NCBI GenBank assembly: GCA_964016885.1 | Contig: OZ024741.1 | Coordinates: 409,014,001-409,078,000 of the forward strand | Direction of reading: 5' to 3' | Length of the DNA: 64,000 nt | From: Eledone cirrhosa | Taxonomy: Eukaryota | In this document: piece after piece, positions 53,861 through 64,000 of the stretch | Position numbering within the stretch: position 1 is the stretch's first letter | Layout: every line of letters begins with the position of its first letter | Position numbers and translations under genes: made by a program | Notes under the pieces: model-generated | What the model saw: only the letters and a program-made list of their open reading frames with translations | What the model was told of the DNA's origin: nothing | Database searches by the model: none

Positions 53861-56800
53861 AAAAAGAGACTGTGTACCTATTTTAAAAGGGAGACTTACC
53901 TATTTTAAAAGGAAGACTCTACCTATATAAAAAGGAAGACTGTACCTATTTTAAAAGGGAGACTGTGTACCTATTTTAAAAGGTAGACTGTACCTATTTT
54001 AAAAGGAAGACTGTACCTATTTTAAAAGGAAGACTGTGTACCTATTTTAAAAGGGAGACTGTGTACCTATTTTAAAAGAAAGACTGTGTACCTATTTTAA
54101 AAGGGAGACTGTGTACCTATTTTAAAAGGAAGACTGTGTACCTATTTTAAAAGGGAGACTTACCTATTTTGAAAGGAAGACTGTGTACCTATTTTAAAAG
54201 GAAGACTGTGTACCTATTTTAAAAGGGAGACTGTGTACCTATATTAAAAGGGAGACTGTGTACGTATTTTAAAAGGAAGACTGTGTACCTATTTTAAATG
54301 GGAGACTGTACCTATTTAAAAAAAAAGACTGTACCTATTTTAAAAGGAAGACCGTACCTATTGTAAAAGGAAGACTGTGTACTTATTTTAAAAGGGAGAC
54401 TGTACCTATTTTAAAAGGAAGACTCTACCTATTTTAAAAGGAAGACTGTGTACCTATTTTAAAAGGGAGACTGTACCTATTGTAAAAGGAAGACTGTACC
54501 TATTTTAAAAGGAAGACTGTGTACCTATTTTAAAAGGAAGACTGTACCTATTTTAAAAGGGAGACTTTGTACCTATTTTAAAAGGAAGACTGTACCTATT
54601 TTAAAAGGAAGACTGTACCTATTTTAAAAGGAAGACTGTACCTATTTTAAAAAGAAGACTGTACCTATTTTAAAAGGAAGACTGTACCTATTTTAAAAGG
54701 AAGATTGTGTACCTATTTTAAAAGAGAGACTGTACCTATTTTAAAAGGAAGACTGTACTTATTTTAAAAGGAAGACTGTACCTATTTTAAAAGGGAGACT
54801 GTGTACCTATTTTAAAAGGGAGACTGTACCTATTTTAAAAGGAAGACTGTGTACCTGTTTTAAAAGGGAGACTGTACCTATTTTAAAAGGGAGACTGTAC
54901 CTATTTTAAAAGGGAGACTGTACCTATTTTAAAAGGAAGACTGTACCTATTTTAAAAGGAAGACTGTGTACCTATTTTAAAAGGAAGGCTGTGTACCTAT
55001 TTTAAAAGGGAGACTATGTACCTATTTTAAGAGGAAGCAGATACCTATTTTAAAAGGAAGACTGTGTACCTATTTTAAAAGGGAGACTGTACCTATTTTA
55101 AAAGGAAGACTGTGTACCTATTTTAAAAGGAATACTGTACCTATTTTAAAAGGAAGATTGTGTACCTATTTTAAAAGAGAGACTGTACCTATTTTAAAAG
55201 GAAGACTGTACTTATTTTAAAAGGAAGACTGTACCTATTTTAAAAGGAAGACTGTGTACCTATTTTAAAAGGGAGACTGCACCTATTTTAAAAGGGAGAT
55301 TGTACCTATTTTAAAAGGAAGACTGTACCTATTTTAAAAGGAAGACTGTGTACCTATTTTAAAAGGAAGACAATACCTATTTTAAAATGAAGGCTGTGTA
55401 CCTGTTTTAAAAGGGAGACTGTGTACCTATTTTAAAAGGGAGACTGTGTACCTATTTTAAAAGGGAGACTGTGTACCTATTTTAAATGGAAGACTGTACC
55501 TATTTGAAAAGGAAGACTCTACCTATTTTAAAAGGAAGACTGTATCTATTTTAAAAAGAAGACTGTACCTATTTTAAATGGAAGACTGTACCTATTTTAA
55601 AAGGAAGATTGTGTACCTATTTTAAAAGAGAGACTGTACCTATTTTAAAGGGAAGACTGTACTTATTTTAAAAGGAAGACTGTACCTATTTTAAAAGGGA
55701 GACTGTGTACCTATTTTAAAAGGGAGACTGTACCTATTTTAAAAGGAAGTCTGTGTACCTATTTTAAAAGGGAGACTCTACCTATTTTAAAAGGAAGACT
55801 GTACCTATTTTAAAAGGAAGACTGTACCTATTTTAAAAGGAAGACTGTGTACCTATTTTAAAAAAGAGACTGTGTACCTATTTTAAAAGGGAGACTTACC
55901 TATTTTAAAAGGAAGACTCTACCTATATAAAAAGGAAGACTGTACCTATTTTAAAAGGGAGACTGTGTACCTGTTTTAAAAGGGAGACTGTACCTATTTT
56001 AAAAGGAAGACTGTACCTATTTTAAAAGGAAGACTGTGTACCTATTTTAAAAGGGAGACTGTGTACCTATTTTAAAAATAAGACTGTGTACCTATTTTAA
56101 AAGGGAGACTGTGTACCTATTTTAAAAGGAAGACTGTGTACCTATTTTAAAAGGGAGACTTACCTATTTTGAAAGGAAGACTGTGTACCTATTTTAAAAG
56201 GAAGACTGTGTACCTATTTTAAAAGGGAGACTGTGTACCTATATTAAAAGGGAGACTGTGTACGTATTTTAAAAGGAAGACTGTGTACCTATTTTAAATG
56301 GGAGACTGTACCTATTTGAAAAAAAAGACTGTACCTATTTTAAAAGGAAGACCGTACCTATTTTAAAAGGAAGACTGTGTACTTATTTTAAAAGGGAGAC
56401 TGTACCTATTTTAAAAGGAAGACTGTGTACCTATTTTAAAAGGAAGACTGTACCTATTTTAAAAGGGAGACTTTGCACCTATTTTAAAAGGAAGACTGTA
56501 CCTATTTTAAAAGGAAGACTGTACCTATTTTAAAAGGAAGACTGTACCTATTTTAAAAAGAAGACTGTACCTATTTTAAAAGGAAGACTGTACCTATTTT
56601 AAAAGGAAGATTGTACCTATTTTAAAAGAGAGACTGTACCTATTTTAAAAGGAAGACTGTACTTATTTTAAAAGGAAGACTGTACCTATTTTAAAAGGGA
56701 GACTGTGTACCTATTTTAAAAGGGAGACTGTACCTATTTTAAAAGGAAGACTGTGTACCTGTTTTAAAAGGGAGACTGTACCTATTTTAAAAGGGAGACT

Positions 56801-59800
56801 GTACCTATTTTAAAAGGGAGACTGTACCTATTTTAAAAGGAAGACTGTACCTATTTTAAAAGGAAGACTGTGTACCTATTTTAAAAGGAAGGCTGTGTAC
56901 CTATTTTAAAAGGGAGACTATGTACCTATTTTAAGAGGAAGCAGATACCTATTTTAAAAGGAAGACTGTGTACCTATTTTAAAAGGGAGACTGTACCTAT
57001 TTTAAAAGGAAGACTGTGTACCTATTTTAAAAGGAATACTGTACCTATTTTAAAAGGAAGACTGTGTACCTATATTAAAACGGAGACTGTGTACGTATTT
57101 TAAAAGGAAGACTGTGTACCTATTTTAAAAGGGAGACTTACCTATTTTAAAAGGAAGACTGTACCTATTTTAAAAGGAAGACTGTACCTATTTTAAAAGG
57201 AAGACTGTGTACCTATTTTAAAAGGGAGACTGTACCTATTTTAAAAGGAAGACTCTACCTATTTTAAAAGGAAGACTGTACCTATTTTAAAAGGAAGACT
57301 GTGTACCTATTTTAAAAGGAAGACTGTACCTATTTTAAAATGAAGACTGTGTACCTGTTTTAAAAGGGAGACTGTGTACCTATTTTAAAAGGGAGACTGT
57401 GTACCTATTTTAAAAGGAAGACTGTACCTATTTTAAAATGAAGACTGTGTACCTGTTTTAAAAGGGAGACTGTGTACCTATTTTAAAAGGGAGACTGTGT
57501 ACCTATTTTAAAAGGAAGACTTACCTATTTTAAAAGGAAGACTGTGTACCTATTTTAAAAGGGAGACTGTACCTATTTTAAAAGGAAGACTGTGTACGTA
57601 TTTTAAAAGGGAGACTGTGTACCTATTTTAAAAAGAAGACTGTACCTATTTTAAAAGGAAGACTCTACCTATTTTAAAAGGAAGACTGTGTACCTATTTT
57701 AAAAGGGAGACTGCACCTATTTTAAAAGGGAGATTGTACCTATTTTAAAAGGAAGACTGTACCTATTTTAGAAGGAAGACTGTACCTATTTTAAAAGGAA
57801 GACTGTGTACCTATTTTAAAAGGAAGACTTACCTATTTCAAAAGGAAGACTATGTACCTATTTTAAAAGGGAGACTGTGTACCTATTTTAAGAGGAAGAA
57901 GATACCTATTTTAAAAGGAAGACCGTGTACCTATATTAAAAGGGAGACTGTACCTATTTTAAAAGGAAGACTGTACCTATTTTAAAAGGAAGACTGTACA
58001 TATTTTAAAAGGAAGACTGTGTACCTATTTTAAAAGGGAAACTGTGTACCTATTTTAAAAGGAAGACTGTACCTATTTTAAAAGGAAGACTGTACCTATT
58101 TTAAAAGGAAGACTGTACCTATTTTAAAAAGAAGACTGTACCTATTTTAAAAGGAAGACTGTACCTATTTTAAAAGGAAGATTGTGTACCTATTTTAAAA
58201 GAGAGACTGTACCTATTTTAAAAGGAAGACTGTACTTATTTTAAAAGGAAGACTGTACCTATTTTAAAAGGGAGACTGTGTACCTATTTTAAAAGGAAGA
58301 CTGTACCTATTTTAAAAGGAAGACTGTACCTATTTTAAAAAGAAGACTGTACCTATTTTAAAAGGAAGACTGTACCTATTTTAAAAGGAAGATTGTGTAC
58401 CTATTTTAAAAGAGAGACTGTACCTATCTTAAAAGGAAGACTGTACTTATTTTAAAAGGAAGACTGTACCTATTTTAAAAGGGAGACTGTGTACCTATTT
58501 TAAAAGGGAGACTGTACCTATTTTAAAAGGAAGACTGTGTACCTGTTTTAAAAGGGAGACTGTACCTATTTTAAAAGGGAGACTCTACCTATTTTAAAAG
58601 GAAGACTGTACCTATTTTAAAAAAGAGACTGTACCTATTTTAAAACGAAGACTGTGTACGTATTTTAAAAGGGAGATGTACCTATTTTAAAAAGAAGACT
58701 GTACCTATTTTAAAAGGAAGACTCTACATATTTTAAAAGGAAGACTGTGTACTTATTTTAAAAGGGAGACTGCACCTATTTTAAAAGGGAGACTGTACCT
58801 ATTTTAAAAGGAAGACTGTACCTATTTTAAAAGGAAGACTGTACCTATTTTAAAAGAAGACTGTGTACTTATTTTAAAAGGAAGACTGTGTACCTATTTT
58901 AAAAGGGAGACTATGTACCTATTTTAAGAGGAAGCAGATACCTATTTTAAAAGGAAGACTGTGTACCTATTTTAAAAGGGAGACTGTACCTATTTTAAAA
59001 GGAAGACTGTATCTATTTTAAAAGGAAGACTGTACCTATTTTAAAAGAGAGACTGTACCTATTTTAAAAAGAAGACTGTACCTATTTTAAAAGGAAGACT
59101 GTACCTATTTTAAAAGGAAGATTGTGTACCTATTTTAAAAGAGAGACTGTACCTATTTTAAAAGGAAGACTGTACTTATTTTAAAAGGAAGACTGTACCT
59201 ATTTTAAAAGGGAGACTGTGTACCTATTTTAAAAGGGAGACTGTACCTATTTTAAAAGGAAGACTGTGTACCTGTTTTAAAAGGGAGACTGTACCTATTT
59301 TAAAAGGGAGACTGTACCTATTTTAAAAGGGAGACTGTACCTATTTTAAAAGGAAGACTGTACCTATTTTAAAAGGAAGACTGTGTACCTATTTTAAAAG
59401 GAAGGCTGTGTACCTATTTTAAAAGGGAGACTATGTACCTATTTTAAGAGGAAGCAGATACCTATTTTAAAAGGAAGACTGTGTACCTATTTTAAAAGGG
59501 AGACTGTACCTATTTTAAAAGGAAGACTGTATCTATTTTAAAAGGAAGACTGTACCTATTTTAAAAGAGAGACTGTACCTATTTTAAAAGGAAGACTGTA
59601 CTTATTTTAAAAGGAAGACTGTACCTATTTTAAAAGGGAGACTGTGTACCTATTTTAAAAGGGAGACTGTACCTATTTTAAAAGGAAGACTGTGTACCTG
59701 TTTTAAAAGGGAGACTGTACCTATTTTAAAAGGGAGACTGTACCTATTTTAAAAGGGAGACTGTACGTATTTTAAAAGGAAGACCGTGTACCTATTTTAA

Positions 59801-61500
59801 AAGGGAGACTTACCTATTTTAAAAGGAAGACTGTACCTATTTTAAAAGGAAGACTGTACCTATTTTAAAAGGAAGACTGTGTACCTATTTTAAAAGGGAG
59901 ACTGTACCTATTTTAAAAGGAAGACTCTACCTATTTTAAAAGGAAGACTGTACCTATTTTAAAAGGAAGACTGTGTACCTATTTTAAAAGGGAGACTTAC
60001 CTATTTTAAAAGGAAGACAGTACCTATTTTAAAAGGAAGACTGTACCTATTTTAAAAGGAAGACTGTGTACCTATTTTAAAAGGAAGACTGTACCTATTT
60101 TAAAAGGAAGACTGTACCTATTTTAAAAAGAAGACTGTACCTATGTTAAAAGGAAGACTGTACCTATTTTAAAAGGAAGATTGTGTACCTATTTTAAAAG
60201 AGAGACTGTACCTATCTTAAAAGGAAGACTGTACTTATTTTAAAAGGAAGACTGTACCTATTTTAAAAGGGAGACTGTGTACCTATTTTAAAAGGGAGAC
60301 TGTACCTATTTTAAAAGGAAGACTGTGTACCTGTTTTAAAAGGGAGACTTACCTATTTTAAAAGGAAGACTGTACCTATTTTAAAAGGAAGACTGTACCT
60401 ATTTTGAAAGGAAGACTGTGTACCTATTTTAAAAGGGAGACTGTACCTATTTTAAAAGGAAGACTCTACCTATTTTAAAAGGAAGACTGTACCTATCTTA
60501 AAAGGAAGACTGTGTACCTATTTTAAAAGGAAGACTGTACCTATTTTAAAATGAAGACTGTGTACCTGTTTTAAAAGGGAGACTGTGTACCTATTTTAAA
60601 AGGGAGACTGTGTACCTATTTTAAAAGGAAGAATTACCTATTTTAAAAGGAAGACTGTGTACCTATTTTAAAAGGGAGACTGTACCTATTTTAAAAGGAA
60701 GACTGTGTACGTATTTTAAAAGGAAGACTGTGTACCTATTTTAAAAGGAAGACTCTACCTATTTTAAAAGGAAGACTGTGTACCTATTTTAAAAGGGAGA
60801 CTGCACCTATTTTAAAAGGGAGATTGTACCTATTTTAAAAGGAAGACTGTACCTATTTTAGAAGGAAGACTGTACCTATTTTAAAAGGAAGACTGTGTAC
60901 CTATTTTAAAAGGAAGACTGTACCTATTTCAAAAGGAAGACTATGTACCTATTTTAAAAGGGAGACTGTGTACCTATTTTAAGAGGAAGAAGATACCTAT
61001 TTTAAAAGGAAGACCGTGTACCTATTTTAAAAGGGAGACTGTACCTATTTTAAAAGGAAGACTGTACCTATTTTAAAAGGAAGACTGTACATATTTTAAA
61101 AGGAAGACTGTGTACCTATTTTAAAAGGGAGACTGTGTACCTATTTTAAAAGGAAGACTGTACCTATTTTAAAAGGAAGACTGTACCTATTTTAAAAGGA
61201 AGACTGTACCTATTTTAAAAAGAAGACTGTACCTATTTTAAAAGGAAGACTGTACCTATTTTAAAAGGAAGATTGTGTACCTATTTTAAAAGAGAGACTG
61301 TACCTATCTTAAAAGGAAGACTGTACTTATTTTAAAAGGAAGACTGTACCTATTTTAAAAGGGAGACTGTGTACCTATTTTAAAAGGGAGACTGTACCTA
61401 TTTTAAAAGGAAGACTGTGTACCTGTTTTAAAAGGGAGACTGTACCTATTTTAAAAGGGAGACTCTACCTATTTTAAAAGGAAGACTGTACCTATTTTAA
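53130..61500 (+). repeat. Long-range copy of ~31000-39400 (offset ~22.1 kb)
   Basis: CAATACC 31261/53371 (22110) and 33284/55371 (22087). CGGAG 34971/57081 and GGGAAACT 35926/58036 (22110). AAACGAAG 36513/58646 and GAATTACC 38498/60631 (22133). The offsets differ by single 23-bp monomers. Confidence 0.87.
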
Positions 61501-64000
61501 AAGGAAGACTGTACCTATTTTAAAAGGAAGACTGTACCTATTTTAAAAGGGAGACTGTGTACCTATTTTAAAAGGGAGACTGTACCTATTTTAAAAGGGA
61601 GACTGTGTACCTATTTTAAAAGGAAGACTGTGTACCTATTTTAAAAGGGAGACTGTGTACCTATTTTAAAAATAAGACTGTGTACCTATTTTAAAAGGGA
61701 GACTGTGTACCTATTTTAAAAGGAAGACTGTGTACCTATTTTAAAAGGGAGACTTACCTATTTTGAAAGGAAGACTGTGTACCTATTTTAAAAGGAAGAC
61801 TGTGTACCTATTTTAAAAGGGAGACTGTGTACCTATATTAAAAGGGAGACTGTGTACGTATTTTAAAAGGAAGACTGTGTACCTATTTTAAATGGGAGAC
61901 TGTACCTATTTGAAAAAAAAGACTGTACCTATTTTAAAAGGAAGACCGTACCTATTTTAAAAGGAAGACTGTGTACTTATTTTAAAAGGGAGACTGTACC
62001 TATTTTAAAAGGAAGACTGTGTACCTATTTTAAAAGGAAGACTGTACCTATTTTAAAAGGGAGACTTTGCACCTATTTTAAAAGGAAGACTGTACCTATT
62101 TTAAAAGGAAGACTGTACCTATTTTAAAAGGAAGACTGTACCTATTTTAAAAAGAAGACTGTACCTATTTTAAAAGGAAGACTGTACCTATTTTAAAAGG
62201 AAGATTGTGTACCTATTTTAAAAGAGAGACTGTACCTATTTTAAAAGGAAGACTGTACTTATTTTAAAAGGAAGACTGTACCTATTTTAAAAGGGAGACT
62301 GTGTACCTATTTTAAAAGGGAGACTGTACCTATTTTAAAAGGAAGACTGTGTACCTGTTTTAAAAGGGAGACTGTACCTATTTTAAAAGGGAGACTGTAC
62401 CTATTTTAAAAGGGAGACTGTACCTATTTTAAAAGGAAGACTGTACCTATTTTAAAAGGAAGACTGTGTACCTATTTTAAAAGGAAGGCTGTGTACCTAT
62501 TTTAAAAGGGAGACTATGTACCTATTTTAAGAGGAAGCAGATACCTATTTTAAAAGGAAGACTGTGTACCTATTTTAAAAGGGAGACTGTACCTATTTTA
62601 AAAGGAAGACTGTGTACCTATTTTAAAAGGAATACTGTACCTATTTTAAAAGGAAGACTGTGTACCTATATTAAAACGGAGACTGTGTACGTATTTTAAA
62701 AGGAAGACTGTGTACCTATTTTAAAAGGGAGACTTACCTATTTTAAAAGGAAGACTGTACCTATTTTAAAAGGAAGACTGTACCTATTTTAAAAGGAAGA
62801 CTGTGTACCTATTTTAAAAGGGAGACTGTACCTATTTTAAAAGGAAGACTCTACCTATTTTAAAAGGAAGACTGTACCTATTTTAAAAGGAAGACTGTGT
62901 ACCTATTTTAAAAGGAAGACTGTACCTATTTTAAAATGAAGACTGTGTACCTGTTTTAAAAGGGAGACTGTGTACCTATTTTAAAAGGGAGACTGTGTAC
63001 CTATTTTAAAAGGAAGACTGTACCTATTTTAAAATGAAGACTGTGTACCTGTTTTAAAAGGGAGACTGTGTACCTATTTTAAAAGGGAGACTGTGTACCT
63101 ATTTTAAAAGGAAGACTTACCTATTTTAAAAGGAAGACTGTGTACCTATTTTAAAAGGGAGACTGTACCTATTTTAAAAGGAAGACTGTGTACGTATTTT
63201 AAAAGGGAGACTGTGTACCTATTTTAAAAAGAAGACTGTACCTATTTTAAAAGGAAGACTCTACCTATTTTAAAAGGAAGACTGTGTACCTATTTTAAAA
63301 GGGAGACTGCACCTATTTTAAAAGGGAGATTGTACCTATTTTAAAAGGAAGACTGTACCTATTTTAGAAGGAAGACTGTACCTATTTTAAAAGGAAGACT
63401 GTGTACCTATTTTAAAAGGAAGACTTACCTATTTCAAAAGGAAGACTATGTACCTATTTTAAAAGGGAGACTGTGTACCTATTTTAAGAGGAAGAAGATA
63501 CCTATTTTAAAAGGAAGACCGTGTACCTATATTAAAAGGGAGACTGTACCTATTTTAAAAGGAAGACTGTACCTATTTTAAAAGGAAGACTGTACATATT
63601 TTAAAAGGAAGACTGTGTACCTATTTTAAAAGGGAAACTGTGTACCTATTTTAAAAGGAAGACTGTACCTATTTTAAAAGGAAGACTGTACCTATTTTAA
63701 AAGGAAGACTGTACCTATTTTAAAAAGAAGACTGTACCTATTTTAAAAGGAAGACTGTACCTATTTTAAAAGGAAGATTGTGTACCTATTTTAAAAGAGA
63801 GACTGTACCTATTTTAAAAGGAAGACTGTACTTATTTTAAAAGGAAGACTGTACCTATTTTAAAAGGGAGACTGTGTACCTATTTTAAAAGGAAGACTGT
63901 ACCTATTTTAAAAGGAAGACTGTACCTATTTTAAAAAGAAGACTGTACCTATTTTAAAAGGAAGACTGTACCTATTTTAAAAGGAAGATTGTGTACCTAT
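56030..64000 (+). repeat. Tandem duplication, period ~5594-5596 bp; second copy truncated by the window end
   Basis: AAAATAAGAC 56078/61672 and CTTTGCACC 56471/62065 (5594). CGGAG 57081/62677 and GGGAAACT 58036/63632 (5596). Confidence 0.9.

Larger units (their letters stand above)
1..64000 (+). repeat. Satellite DNA array of a 23/25-bp monomer CCTATTTTAAAAGG(A/G)AGACTG(TG)TA, about 2,700 head-to-tail copies, running off both window ends
   Basis: Every line consists of the monomer or close variants (e.g. CC at 19-20 recurs at 42-43, period 23). Four dominant types come from GGAA/GGGA x TGTA/TGTGTA. Minor forms are GACTCTA, GACTGCA, GACTTA (22 bp) and GACTA (21 bp). Monomer GC is 30-36% by count. 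No reverse-complement copy was seen on the + strand. Confidence 0.99.

Noticed and set aside
1-64000. CRISPR array (short, partly palindromic repeats)
   Set aside because: There are no unique spacers: the sequence between palindromic cores is the same ~9-11 bp motif each time. No leader or cas genes are present.
1-64000. Repetitive protein-coding ORF
   Set aside because: TTTTAAAA puts TAA on both strands in nearly every monomer, with an additional TAG on the minus strand. Frequent runs of 23-bp units shift the stop through all three frames.
1-64000. Long yeast-type telomeric repeat (23-25 bp, TGTAC motif, TAGG on the minus strand)
   Set aside because: Similarity is limited to 4-6 bp. A length of at least 64 kb and kb-scale copying of rare variants indicate recombinational amplification rather than telomerase templating.
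1-64000. Strongly curved phased A-tract DNA
   Set aside because: The tract is T4A4, which is known not to give the macroscopic bending of A4T4. The 23-25 bp period is also out of phase with the ~10.5-bp helical repeat.
1-64000. Plasmid or phage iterons, or a synthetic array (GAAGAC BbsI and GAGAC BsmAI sites in most units)
   Set aside because: Copy number is far beyond iteron arrays and there is no rep gene or vector sequence. The hierarchical inherited mutations look natural, so the restriction sites are coincidental.
1-64000. Variant order as a functional information code
   Set aside because: The order is explained by nested duplication history, and nothing in the window points to a reader or output.
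1-64000. Pure sequencing or assembly noise
   Set aside because: Rare variants recur at exact offsets with consistent neighbours, which random error would not produce. The copy number of near-identical blocks still needs read-level validation.

Overview
The whole 64 kb window is one uninterrupted, head-to-tail, single-orientation tandem array (satellite DNA) of an AT-rich monomer, consensus CCTATTTTAAAAGG(A/G)AGACTG(TG)TA. Monomers are mainly 23 or 25 bp, with minor 21-22 bp forms, and number roughly 2,700 (64,000 / ~23.6). I found no genes, RNA genes, transposon insertions, inversions or unique spacers. The informative structure lies in the order of variant monomers. Rare variants, aligned by eye, show nested higher-order duplications with periods of about 1226, 2308, 1733, 6346-6371, 1784, 956, 5434, 2345, 876, 3907 and 5595 bp, plus long-range copies at about 8.1 kb and 22.1 kb. 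Variant content also turns over from left to right. This looks like an actively evolving eukaryotic (peri)centromeric or heterochromatic satellite; organism and function cannot be determined from the window. Offsets come from manually located markers, and block boundaries are approximate (about +/-100 bp). I see no evidence of a novel protein-coding or RNA system.
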